Virus record (IMG/VR): IMGVR_UViG_3300044728_000197
Span: 1-63,358 of that record
Length of the DNA: 63,358 bases
Reading direction: 5' to 3' (one strand)
Source: a virus
Lineage: Duplodnaviria; Caudoviricetes
Each line of letters starts with the position of its first letter. Within the stretch, counting starts at the first letter, position 1. Under the pieces are notes generated by a model. It was not told the origin of the DNA and searched no databases. It was given only the letters and a program-made list of their open reading frames with translations. A program made the position numbers and the translations under genes. Shown here one piece after another: positions 16,736 through 25,474 of this stretch.

Positions 16736-17862
16736 GTACCGACATCACCATCAGCCTCGACGCCGTCCGCAGCGAGGTCCTCAAGTTCGACAACATCGAG
16801 GCCGGGATGGCTGACCTCGAGGCGCGCTACCCGAAGGACGTCGTCTGCGAAGTCGCGACGACCGCGGGAATGGATCAAGCAGTCGAGGCCCGGCGCGCCT
16901 GGCGCGATCCCCGCATCGCTGTCGAGAAGGCCCGGAAGGCAGCGAAGGCGCCCGTGCTGGAACTCGGCCGGCGGATCGACTCCTTCGCCGCCTCGCTGGA
17001 GGAGCGCCTGCGCCTCGGCGAGGACGCCTACGACTCGCAGATCAAGGCCGAGGAAGCGCGGAAGGAGGCGATCCGGCAGCAGCGGCTCCAGGAGGAGGCC
17101 GCCCGCATCGCCGCGATCCGCCGCCGCATCGTCGAGGTCTTCTCCGTCCCTCCGTCGGCCCCGGGCGTGCGAATCAGCGCGGCGATGCTGCGCGAGATCC
17201 GGGGCCACCTGGAGAACGAGCCGGTCGACGACTCCTTCGGCGACCTGAAGATCGAGGCGCAGGAGACGAAGTGCGCCATGCTCGAGATGCTGGGAGTGAA
17301 GATCGGCGAGCAGGAGGCGCTCGAGTCAGCCCAGGCCGAGATCGACCGGCAGCGCGCCGCCTTCGCCGAGGAGCAGCGGGTCGAGACCGCACGCCGGGCC
17401 GCAGAACGGGAGGCGGAGAACCGCCGCCTGTCGGCTGTCGCAGAGGAGGCGCTCGCCAATGTGGCCAGGGAGGCGGAGAGGCTCGCCGCCCAGCGCGAAG
17501 AAAACGCCCGCCAGCAGGCCCAGATCGACGCCCAGCGCGCCGAACTGGACCGGCGCGAGGCAGAGGCCGCCGAAGCGGCGCGCGTGCGCCAGGCGGCCGC
17601 AGATGCCGAAGAGAACGCCCGGGTCGACGCCGAGCAGCGGGAGAGGGCTCGGCAGCGGATGGCCGAGGATGCCGCGCTGGCGCGGCTGCATGCCGCGGCA
17701 GAGCCGATGTGGAAGCTGCTGGACGACTGGCGATCCTTTGACCTGGAGGCGGTGAACGGGCCGTGCAAGGTCCTGCTGAACGCCCTGCGCGAGCGCCGCG
17801 ACCGCATCCTCTCCGATCTCCGCGTATCCGACGCACAAGGCGAGGAGCGGGCGAATGGCTGA
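16732..17862 (+). CDS. long coiled-coil phage protein
   Basis: VEKARKAAKAPVLELGRRIDS and an E/R/A-rich heptad region. Confidence 0.75.
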   Translation: MSTDITISLDAVRSEVLKFDNIEAGMADLEARYPKDVVCEVATTAGMDQAVEARRAWRDPRIAVEKARKAAKAPVLELGRRIDSFAASLEERLRLGEDAYDSQIKAEEARKEAIRQQRLQEEAARIAAIRRRIVEVFSVPPSAPGVRISAAMLREIRGHLENEPVDDSFGDLKIEAQETKCAMLEMLGVKIGEQEALESAQAEIDRQRAAFAEEQRVETARRAAEREAENRRLSAVAEEALANVAREAERLAAQREENARQQAQIDAQRAELDRREAEAAEAARVRQAAADAEENARVDAEQRERARQRMAEDAALARLHAAAEPMWKLLDDWRSFDLEAVNGPCKVLLNALRERRDRILSDLRVSDAQGEERANG

Positions 17863-18172
17863 CTACGTTCCGATGGCCGGCCCGCTGCCGGGCGAGCGCT
17901 ACATGCCAAGCAACGGGACCGAGGGCATGTGCTTCCAGGAAGCTTGGTGCTGCGAGTGCGCCAAGGACAATGAGATGAACGGCTCCTGCCACGAAGAAGG
18001 CCGCGACGCCACCGACGAGGACTACTGCCCGATCCTGAACGCCTCCTATCGCGACGAGGCCGAGGAATGGCGCGAACTGCCCGACGGCCGGACCGTCTGC
18101 ATCGCCTTCCAGAAGCGCGCGCCCAGCAACGACGCGCTGCCGCGCTGCGAGCACACGCAAGAATTGTTCTGA
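17855..18172 (+). CDS. Cys-rich conserved phage protein
   Basis: YMPSNGTEGMCF...WCCEC...CPIL...VCIAF. Confidence 0.7.
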   Translation: MADYVPMAGPLPGERYMPSNGTEGMCFQEAWCCECAKDNEMNGSCHEEGRDATDEDYCPILNASYRDEAEEWRELPDGRTVCIAFQKRAPSNDALPRCEHTQELF

Positions 18173-18205
18173 CGCCCTCTCCCCCACGCCCCGAAAGGCC
18201 AAACG

Positions 18206-18778
18206 ATGAAGCAATTCGCCCTCCTCGACCCGACGCCTGCCCTCCTCGTCAACGTCAACCCGCGGAGCGAGAAGCACGGCAAGGCCAAGGTCCCCGCCGT
18301 CGACCTCCGCCTCGAGATAACCGCGCCGAACACGCTGCTCGACCAGCTGAAGCCCGAGCTGCGGCACGCCCTCTATACGGCAGAGCACGAGGACGGGCCG
18401 GAGCAGCCGCTGCTGGACGGCGTCGACGCTGTCTCCCCGACCCCGCTCCTGCGCGTCGAGGGCCTGCAGCCGATCCGTCTGGACGACGAGCTGACCGGCT
18501 ACACGGTCGTCTTCGACATCGGCACGGGCCGGAAGGACTCGATCGTCGAGCTCGACGGTTGCAAGGTGAAGTCCTTCCAGGTCGAGGCGCTGCAGGGCGG
18601 CTCGGTGAAGATCCTGCTCACCGCCCAGGCCAGCAACCTGAAGGAGCGGGACTTCGGCAAGCTCTGCATGCTGATCGACTGCGAGGTCTCGCTCTGCCTG
18701 CTGCCGCCGGACGAGCCGCAGCAGACCCTGGTGGTGGCCCTGGTCGACGGCGCGCCGGCCGATGTGATGCAGCACTGA
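18206..18778 (+). CDS. conserved phage protein
   Basis: NVNPRSEKHG..KVPAVDL; clean ORF with RBS. Confidence 0.7.
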   Translation: MKQFALLDPTPALLVNVNPRSEKHGKAKVPAVDLRLEITAPNTLLDQLKPELRHALYTAEHEDGPEQPLLDGVDAVSPTPLLRVEGLQPIRLDDELTGYTVVFDIGTGRKDSIVELDGCKVKSFQVEALQGGSVKILLTAQASNLKERDFGKLCMLIDCEVSLCLLPPDEPQQTLVVALVDGAPADVMQH

Positions 18779-18779
18779 G

Positions 18780-19655
18780 ATGGCCGACTCGCTTGAGCAG
18801 ATCGGCCGCGACTACGCGATCGACTACGCGATCGACTTCGGGCGCGCGGCAGAAGCGCTGCACGAGGAAGTCTCCCGGCTCGACGCGGACATGCTGGCGC
18901 TGGCCGAAAACCTCGCGAATCACCGAGAAGAGGACCACATGAACGACCCCACCCCCAGGACAGCCGAAGAGGCGCTGACGGACGAGCAGGAGCGCAAAGC
19001 CTTCTACGCGGCTTACGACGAATGCGAGAGGCTGACGGGCCACAAGCCCGCCGCCTATGACGTGTGGATGCTGGCTCGCGGCAAGATGACAACGGACGGC
19101 CGCGCCACCCTATCCCGTACACCGCCTGCCCCCTCGCCCGAGCCGGTGGCGTGGCGGTATCGGCACAAGAGCGTCAAAGGTAAGTGGGGCGTTACCGATC
19201 TGCCGCCCGTGCAGCCGAATGACCGCTTCTACGAATTCGTGCCCATGTACGCCGCTCCCCCTCTAGACGAGGCGCCAGCCGATCCTGATGTTCATCCGAC
19301 CGAGCGCGCCGGCAAGAGTCCCGAGGCGGCTGATGGGGCGGTCCATGACGCCATCATGCGGGCGCTCGATGAGGCGGGCATCTATCAAAGCGTTCTGCGT
19401 GGCATGTGTGTCGAAGTCGGCCTAGAGAGATTCCGCGACTCCATCGAGCGCGCTGGCGAAGCGGTGCAGCGGCCGGCTGATGGAGACCGAGACTATCGCG
19501 CGCTCTACGAGGAATTGCTCTATGCGGTCGGGAACAAGTATCCCGGCGAATCGCGGCATCAGACGGCGCTCCGCTACATCGAACGTGCAGAGCAATCGTC
19601 AGCCGCGTCAGGGAACACCGCCACTGCTCGGTCAGATGAAGGAGAGCCCTCATGA
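18780..19655 (+). CDS. mosaic hypothetical protein
   Basis: EPVAWRY...PMYAAPP and ELLYAVGNKYPGESRHQTALRYI modules. Confidence 0.6.
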   Translation: MADSLEQIGRDYAIDYAIDFGRAAEALHEEVSRLDADMLALAENLANHREEDHMNDPTPRTAEEALTDEQERKAFYAAYDECERLTGHKPAAYDVWMLARGKMTTDGRATLSRTPPAPSPEPVAWRYRHKSVKGKWGVTDLPPVQPNDRFYEFVPMYAAPPLDEAPADPDVHPTERAGKSPEAADGAVHDAIMRALDEAGIYQSVLRGMCVEVGLERFRDSIERAGEAVQRPADGDRDYRALYEELLYAVGNKYPGESRHQTALRYIERAEQSSAASGNTATARSDEGEPS

Positions 19656-19963
19656 CCCCCATCCCCACAGGGAGCGCAGACCCGCGCCTTCAGCACCTTG
19701 TTTACGCATGGCTCGGTCAGCACCGGGACTCGATGCCTATGGCCGCCGTGGAAGCGTTGCAAAGCATCCTTGGCCCGCTGGACACAGGGAGCGGAGCAGC
19801 ACCAGATGCGCTACGGGAGGCGGCGGAAGTTGCTGCCACTTGGGCGGAAGGTCTGCGCGACGACAAGGGCCATCCGGGCGGCTTGCGGGTCGCGGCATCG
19901 GTCGTCGGCAAACGCCTTCGCGCCGCCCTCGCACCCACCGAGCAGGCCACCCCCGGAGACTGA
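19652..19963 (+). CDS. hypothetical protein
   Basis: Coupled ORF. Confidence 0.5.
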   Translation: MTPIPTGSADPRLQHLVYAWLGQHRDSMPMAAVEALQSILGPLDTGSGAAPDALREAAEVAATWAEGLRDDKGHPGGLRVAASVVGKRLRAALAPTEQATPGD

Positions 19964-19964
19964 C

Positions 19965-20234
19965 ATGCGAATCAACGTCTACAGCCAGGAATTGACCGAT
20001 GAGGTCGTGCGCGTCTCGAAGGTGTCGAACACCGGCCGGGCCTACATCGCCGCGCAGTTGATCCTGCACTCGTCGCCCATGCTGCACCACCCGCCCGAAG
20101 ACGACGACCGCTCGGCCGTGACGTTCTGGATCCCCTCATCCGAGACGCGCCGGGAAGCGATGGCACAAGCGTTCGAGCGAATCGCCGCCATCTTCCGGGC
20201 CCCCACCGAGCAGGCCACAGGGGAGAAGAAATGA
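19965..20234 (+). CDS. conserved phage protein
   Basis: GGAG RBS; MRINVYSQELT...DDDRSAVTFW. Confidence 0.65.
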   Translation: MRINVYSQELTDEVVRVSKVSNTGRAYIAAQLILHSSPMLHHPPEDDDRSAVTFWIPSSETRREAMAQAFERIAAIFRAPTEQATGEKK

Positions 20235-20304
20235 GCACGGCCTGCAATCATCCCGACTGCGGCCGCGCGAAGGGCGAGCGCGTTTGTCTCGCCCTCGGGT
20301 GCTG

Positions 20305-20433
20305 CTACCAGTCGATCTGGCCGTCGGTCGTCTGCGACCAGTCGATCTGGCCGGCGCCGCCGGTCGCTTGCGCGAGGTCGGCGTCGGACAGCTCGGCCAC
20401 CGCAGGCGCTTCGGATTCGATGACGTCTTCCAT
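20305..20433 (-). CDS. 42-aa double-glycine-leader precursor peptide
   Basis: AGGAGA RBS 7 nt before the ATG; MEDVIESEAPAVAELSDADLAQATGG|AGQIDWSQTTDGQIDW. Confidence 0.7.
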   Translation of the reverse strand: MEDVIESEAPAVAELSDADLAQATGGAGQIDWSQTTDGQIDW

Positions 20434-20803
20434 CCCGTTGTCTCCTAGCAGCGCCGGATCGGCGCCCGGGGATTCTGGAAGCCGCCCCGATCGCCTGGGC
20501 AACCGCTCATCGTGAAGTGCTGCCGGGAATGCCCTCGCCCGAGGACAAGCGGGTCGCCTGCGTGCAAGGCTGATCCGATGATTCGCGCATGTCGAAGCCG
20601 CTCCCCCGCACATGGCCGCCGGTGCCGGATCCCGGCTACCCACGCGGCTGCGTCTGCGAGACCTGCCGGCTCCTGCGCCTCTGGCGGGCTGGCAGGCTCC
20701 GGTCTGGGTTCGGCGCCCCTGCTGCCGCCCGTCCGGCGCCCTGACTCTGCCGTGATCTATCCCCTCGGCGTTCCGGGCCCTCGGCGCTGACAATCGGCGG
20801 GCC

Positions 20804-21070
20804 ATGAACTGCCCGCAATGCCAGGCCGCGACGGCGGTGATCGAGAAGCGAGACGGCAACCGGCGCCGGCGCGAGTGCACGGACCCCTCCTGCGGACTGC
20901 GCTTCAACACCTTCGAGATATTGGCGACCGAGCTGCACTCCCTGCAGGATGACCGGCGCCTCCTCGAGGACCTCGGCCGCCGCCTGGGCGCGGTGATGGA
21001 GGGCCTCGCTAAGCGCCCCGACGGCGCAGACACGCAACCCGCAAGCCTTGATCTGGAGCTGCCGACATGA
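20804..21070 (+). CDS. Zn-ribbon transcriptional regulator (NrdR N-terminal/Ogr-like)
   Basis: MNCPQC...RRRRECTDPSCGLRFNTFE. Confidence 0.75.
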   Translation: MNCPQCQAATAVIEKRDGNRRRRECTDPSCGLRFNTFEILATELHSLQDDRRLLEDLGRRLGAVMEGLAKRPDGADTQPASLDLELPT

Positions 21071-21588
21071 CCAGCACCGAAGCCCTCGCCTACTGCCAGG
21101 AGCTTGGCTGGCTCGCGAAGGCCATGCTCTCCGGCTGGCAGGGCGCCTGCGGGGTCCTGCTGATCTGCTGCGTCTGGTTCGGCTGCCGCTACTACTTCGG
21201 CGTCGGCATCCGCATGCCGCGGCTGCGCGCGACCGCCAAGCGGCTCGCCCAGGAGCGAGACGCGGCGAAGGCGGAGAACGCGCGTCTGCTTGGCGAGTGC
21301 GCGATGCTGCGCGGCAAGATGGAGACGCTCGGCCTTGAGGCGCAGAAGGAGATCAACGCCGCTGACGCCAAGGCTGCGCGCGAGCGGGCGATCCGCAAGC
21401 GGACCGAGGAGCGCCTGACGGAGCAGAACGCGCTACTGGCGGACGCGAACGATCGCGCGACGTCGCTCGAGCAGCTGCTCCTCGCCGTCAACGACCAGCA
21501 GCAGCGGCCGGCGCCAGGCAGCGCTGAATCGTGGGTGCCTCTGGCCGTCGTCGGCGGGACGGAGGCCGGCGGGCTGTCTGCGAAGTAG
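21067..21588 (+). CDS. membrane-anchored coiled-coil protein
   Basis: One hydrophobic segment followed by heptad repeats. Confidence 0.6.
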   Translation: MTSTEALAYCQELGWLAKAMLSGWQGACGVLLICCVWFGCRYYFGVGIRMPRLRATAKRLAQERDAAKAENARLLGECAMLRGKMETLGLEAQKEINAADAKAARERAIRKRTEERLTEQNALLADANDRATSLEQLLLAVNDQQQRPAPGSAESWVPLAVVGGTEAGGLSAK

Positions 21589-21693
21589 GGGCTGGAGCCG
21601 TCTTTCCGGCTGCCACCCCAGGTGCCTACAGTGGCCGTCGGGCGGGGTTCGCCCTTCCTCTGAGTCCGTCTTAGGCCGGACCCCGTTCGCAGT

Positions 21694-21969
21694 CTATCGC
21701 AGCGCGGCGCAGGCCCGCATCGCGCGGACATGCGGAGCGCGGGCAGTGCAGACCCGCTCGCGCTGCAGGGCGCCACGCTCGACGTCCAGGCGCTGGATCT
21801 CGGCGTTGACCTGCTTCAGCTCGACCTCGATCCGGTCGAGGCGGACCTTCTTCTCGTAGTCGAAGTTCTGCTCCCACTCGCCCTCGTTCGGAGTCGGCAC
21901 GGCGAGCGCCCGGGCGGCGATCATCAGCAGCGCCAGGACGGCGACGCCGATCCAGTTGGCGGCCCTCAC
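21694..21969 (-). CDS. small exported coiled-coil protein
   Basis: GTG start overlapping the upstream stop; signal-like WIGVAVLALLMIAARALA. Confidence 0.5.
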   Translation of the reverse strand: MRAANWIGVAVLALLMIAARALAVPTPNEGEWEQNFDYEKKVRLDRIEVELKQVNAEIQRLDVERGALQRERVCTARAPHVRAMRACAALR

Positions 21970-22220
21970 GACACGCGCCTTCGCGGGAGCAGGGATTTCG
22001 CCGAGTAGGGCGTCGGCGGCCATTGCAGGGAATGGTCGGGGTCGATCTGCTCGCAGAAGGCGCGCCAGGCCGAGTCGCAGAGGGAGCCGGCGGACGACAG
22101 GCTGGCCCGGCCGTGCGGCCCCGTCCAGACGATCCGGCCGTTCCCGTGCTCGAGATGCGCGTAGAAGCGCCGGTCGCCCCCGACACGGATCGTGAACTCG
22201 ACGCGCTTGCCGACGCTCAC
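21966..22220 (-). CDS. hypothetical protein
   Basis: Coupled ORF. Confidence 0.45.
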   Translation of the reverse strand: MSVGKRVEFTIRVGGDRRFYAHLEHGNGRIVWTGPHGRASLSSAGSLCDSAWRAFCEQIDPDHSLQWPPTPYSAKSLLPRRRVS

Positions 22221-22414
22221 GAGATGACCTCCGGCTTCGATGTCGCCTTCTGGGCGACATTTGCTGCGCCGTAGATCGCCATCGCGGCGACGGCGAGCTG
22301 CTTCCAGTCGGAGGCGTCGATCAGGTTCATCCAGCGCAGCCAGGTCGCCAGCAGCAGGACGAGCAGGACGAGGAGGAGCTTGCGCGATGTCCAGCGGCTC
22401 GAGGTCTCGCTCAT
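22217..22414 (-). CDS. holin-like two-TM protein
   Basis: WTSRKLLLVLL...IYGAANVAQK; within the lysis block. Confidence 0.6.
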   Translation of the reverse strand: MSETSSRWTSRKLLLVLLVLLLATWLRWMNLIDASDWKQLAVAAMAIYGAANVAQKATSKPEVIS

Positions 22415-22968
22415 GGCGCGGAGACCACGCCGGCGCGATCCCTCAGCGACTCGACGAACCGCTCGCAGGCCTCGCCGCGGATGCCGCGCTTGTCGGCGAG
22501 CTCAGCCAGGAGGCTCGCTCGAGCGTCAAGTTTTCCGAGCACGTCGGCAAACATTCCGAGGGCGTCAGGGGCTGACGCGCCACCGCCGGCAGCGGCGGGA
22601 TTGCGGCAGGAACGACGACCGGCGGCGGCAAGGGCTTGGGCGCGCTCGCGCAGGCCTGCAGCAGAAGCGACAGCAGCAGAGGCGGCAGATTCAGCCGCGG
22701 CGAGTTTTTCGGTCGTGACATTGGTGATCTCCTCTGAGCGCTTCGCCCAGGCCTGCTCCTTCGCCCGCTCGCGCTGCTCGGCCTCGAGGGCACGCTGCGA
22801 GAGGTCGGCTTCCTTCGCTGCCCAGACGGCTCGCTCCTGTGCGAGGTCGCCCTCGGTTTCGTGAAGGCGCCAAGTCTGCACGCCGATCGCGGAGACCGCC
22901 AGCGCAGCTGCGCCCCCGATCACCCAGAGGCCGGTCGTGCCGCCGCCGAGGATGCCGAGGATGCTCAT
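22411..22968 (-). CDS. Rz-like inner-membrane spanin (DUF2514-like)
   Basis: N-terminal TM segment, coiled coil, C-terminal GEACER. Confidence 0.8.
   Translation of the reverse strand: MSILGILGGGTTGLWVIGGAAALAVSAIGVQTWRLHETEGDLAQERAVWAAKEADLSQRALEAEQRERAKEQAWAKRSEEITNVTTEKLAAAESAASAAVASAAGLRERAQALAAAGRRSCRNPAAAGGGASAPDALGMFADVLGKLDARASLLAELADKRGIRGEACERFVESLRDRAGVVSAP
22443..22721 (-). CDS. Rz1-like outer-membrane lipoprotein spanin, nested in Rz
   Basis: Lipobox LLLQA|C, Pro-rich, embedded out of frame within Rz. Confidence 0.8.
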   Translation of the reverse strand: MSRPKNSPRLNLPPLLLSLLLQACASAPKPLPPPVVVPAAIPPLPAVARQPLTPSECLPTCSENLTLERASWLSSPTSAASAARPASGSSSR

Positions 22969-23174
22969 GCGCCCCACCCTGAAAGGACGCCCCAGGCCGA
23001 GGGCGCGCGCAGCGGCGCGCGTGGAACCAGCAGGACGCGCCCGTCCTCGCCCTCGTAGAGTATCTGGCTCCGGCCATCGAGCGGACGAAAGCCCGGCCCG
23101 GGCGGCAGCGGGACGTTGTCGGTGAGGTCGATGTCGACGAAGCGCACGGGCGGCGGGGGTAACGCGCGAGCCAT
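22965..23174 (-). CDS. hypothetical protein
   Basis: Coupled to the Rz start. Confidence 0.4.
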   Translation of the reverse strand: MARALPPPPVRFVDIDLTDNVPLPPGPGFRPLDGRSQILYEGEDGRVLLVPRAPLRAPSAWGVLSGWGA

Positions 23175-23178
23175 CGGC

Positions 23179-23493
23179 TCAGTCGCGGGCGACCACGAAG
23201 TCGGTCGGTGCGCCACCCGGAGGAACCGGGGACCGGACGAGCTCGGCCCGCGCGATGCGGAGCAGGGCGACGAGCCAGACGAGAACGACTGCCGTAACGA
23301 GCATCAGGCAGGCGCCGACCAGGGCGCCGCCGGAGAAGAGCAGCAGGGCGTAGGCGATCAGGATCGCCGCGAAAGCCCAGCCGGCCATAGTCGCGGCGGT
23401 CGCGTAGGGGCCGAGGACCTGGGCCAGCTTCTTCTCGGCCTCGGTCGTCACCTTTCCGGCCGCGTTCTCGAGATCGTCGAATGTCTTCGCCAT
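23179..23493 (-). CDS. holin-like membrane protein
   Basis: GGGAGA RBS; two TM segments; directly after the endolysin. Confidence 0.55.
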   Translation of the reverse strand: MAKTFDDLENAAGKVTTEAEKKLAQVLGPYATAATMAGWAFAAILIAYALLLFSGGALVGACLMLVTAVVLVWLVALLRIARAELVRSPVPPGGAPTDFVVARD

Positions 23494-23505
23494 GCTTCTC
23501 TCCCG

Positions 23506-24534
23506 TTAAATCAGGTCGGCGCCGAGGGCGGCGATGTATTTTGGGCGGCGCCAGACGAGCGCGTTCTCGACGTGCTCGCGGTTGATCGCGAAGGCGCTCT
23601 TGCCGTAGCCCTGCCACTTCTGCCGGCTCTTGGCGCTGAAGCGCTCGACGTGGCCGAACCAGCGCAGCGGATCGCAGGCCGCGTCGAGGTCGCAGAGGCG
23701 ACGGTCCTGGAGGAGGCCGCCGAGCCCGCCGTTGTAGGCTGCGTCGCAGAAGGCGATCAGCTCGGCCGGCAGCGCGCGCGTCTGCTGCTCGAGCCGGCGG
23801 AAGCAGTCCTTGAACTTGACCAGGATCGCGCGCATCGAGAGGTCGGCCCGGGAATAGACGGACGCCCAGGTGAACTCGCGCAGGCCCTTCGGATCGAGCG
23901 CGCGGACCTCAGCGATCGCGTCGAAGCGCAGGGCCCCGCTCTCGGTGTAGGCGCGGGTGAACTGGCCCAGCCCCGCGCCCTCCTCGCGGGCCGTCTTCAG
24001 CTGCGCGCGCGAATTCCAGCAGCGCGAGTGCGTCAGGCTGATGCAGGACTCCTGCTCGATCAGGGCTCCGAAGTAGGACGGCATCGGGAAGTCCGGCCAG
24101 TAGGCGGCCTGCACCGCCTTGAGCTCGGGCAGGAGGACCCTCGCGTTCTGGGGCACGTAGGTCCGGACGTCCTGCGCCTTGGCGGTCGAGCTGACGACCA
24201 TCAGCAGGGCGGCGAGGACGAGGCAGACGCCCAGGAAGGCGATTCCCGCGCCCGTGGCGGACTCCTGCGCCTTGTCCCAGGCATCGCCGAGATCGGCGTA
24301 GCTGAAGAGCGCCTTGCGGAAGCCATGGGCCGCCGCGACGATGACGCAGACCCAGGACAGCCAGACCAGGCGGGTCAGCGGCTCGCGCCAGCCGTCCGGG
24401 CCGAAGGAGTTGATGGCGATGACCAGGAGCGGGAGCGGCAGGACGACCCACCAGCGGAGTGTCTTGACCGTCCGCGCGGCTCGCGCTGCGATCGGGGGCT
24501 TCGGGTCGGTGTTGCCTTCTGCCTCCGGCATCAT
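23506..24534 (-). CDS. lytic transglycosylase (SLT-family) endolysin with a multi-TM N-terminus
   Basis: LIEQES catalytic Glu, GAGLGQF, AAYNGGLG. Confidence 0.85.
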   Translation of the reverse strand: MMPEAEGNTDPKPPIAARAARTVKTLRWWVVLPLPLLVIAINSFGPDGWREPLTRLVWLSWVCVIVAAAHGFRKALFSYADLGDAWDKAQESATGAGIAFLGVCLVLAALLMVVSSTAKAQDVRTYVPQNARVLLPELKAVQAAYWPDFPMPSYFGALIEQESCISLTHSRCWNSRAQLKTAREEGAGLGQFTRAYTESGALRFDAIAEVRALDPKGLREFTWASVYSRADLSMRAILVKFKDCFRRLEQQTRALPAELIAFCDAAYNGGLGGLLQDRRLCDLDAACDPLRWFGHVERFSAKSRQKWQGYGKSAFAINREHVENALVWRRPKYIAALGADLI

Positions 24535-24544
24535 GGTCCTCCGC

Positions 24545-24976
24545 TCAGTTGATCTCGACCTCGATCGCCTCTCCGCGGTCGAGCGCGGCGCGAATCATCG
24601 CGGACAGGGTCTCGAACGCCAACGCCGTCCGGCAGACGGCCTCGCCCTCCAATGACATCCCGCACAGAATTTCGCCGCCCAGGTCCGGCGAATCGTCCTC
24701 GCCGGGGTGGAAGAACATCCCGAGCCGGTTCGATCCGCGGCGCCGCTCGACGGTCGGCTGGGTCGAGATGATGAGGGGGAGCCGGCGGCAGAAGCGCCGG
24801 CTGTGCGCCAGCGTCAGGTTGTAGAGGCCTGCTGGGAGGGCGGATTCGCCGGGGATGAAGACGTGGTCGCTGCGGACCGGATCCTCGCGGGTGAAGAGGA
24901 CAGGCTCTCCGTCGATGAGGAGGGCGCCGAGCGTCGCGTCCGGAAGGGGCGGTTGGCGCTCGATGCGGATCAGCAT
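24545..24976 (-). CDS. DUF5675-like protein
   Basis: TLGALLIDG..FTREDP...IPGESALPAGLY...SRRF...FHPG. Confidence 0.7.
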   Translation of the reverse strand: MLIRIERQPPLPDATLGALLIDGEPVLFTREDPVRSDHVFIPGESALPAGLYNLTLAHSRRFCRRLPLIISTQPTVERRRGSNRLGMFFHPGEDDSPDLGGEILCGMSLEGEAVCRTALAFETLSAMIRAALDRGEAIEVEIN

Positions 24977-24985
24977 GAGCCGGAA

Positions 24986-25474
24986 TTATGGTGCGGAGGC
25001 CGCGTTGGCCGCTGGTGGCACGACAAACGGCGCCGAGCTCCACTCGACGCGGCTGGTGCGCCAGAGGCCGTCGACCTTCGAGAGGCCCTGGATGAAGTAG
25101 GTCCCGGGATCGGTGTCATCGGCGAGCCGCGTCGCCTTGCTCGCCTCCTCCATGCAGCCCGGCTGGATGAGGACCGGCGCGCCGGGCAGGACGGCCGGCG
25201 CGGTTGGCGCTGCGGGCGGCGCCGGCTGGTCAAGGCGTATCAGCCGCGCGGCGATCAGGTAGATCTCCTGCTCGTCGGAGGAGTTACAGCGGAAGACCTT
25301 CAGCGTCACGACCTCGCCGGGCCGGAACTCGGCTCGAGTCGGCTCGAAGGTCGAGCCCCTCGGATAGCTGAGCCACGAAGGCTGCAGAAAGCCGTACCAG
25401 GCGACCATCGCGGCGAAGCTGGCGAGACTGATGATCGTCGCGAGGACGCGCAGCATGACGCGGCCGGCGATCAT
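24986..25474 (-). CDS. membrane-anchored hypothetical protein
   Basis: N-terminal TM segment; coupled. Confidence 0.55.
   Translation of the reverse strand: MIAGRVMLRVLATIISLASFAAMVAWYGFLQPSWLSYPRGSTFEPTRAEFRPGEVVTLKVFRCNSSDEQEIYLIAARLIRLDQPAPPAAPTAPAVLPGAPVLIQPGCMEEASKATRLADDTDPGTYFIQGLSKVDGLWRTSRVEWSSAPFVVPPAANAASAP

Noticed and set aside
18809-18837. 12-bp tandem duplication CGACTACGCGAT
   Set aside because: An in-frame slippage duplication (DYAI twice) with no sign of function.
20231-20515. Plus-strand 94-aa ORF coupled to the upstream gene
   Set aside because: It is Ser/Pro-rich with no motif, while the opposite strand has a strong RBS and a clear GG-leader motif. Not fully excluded.
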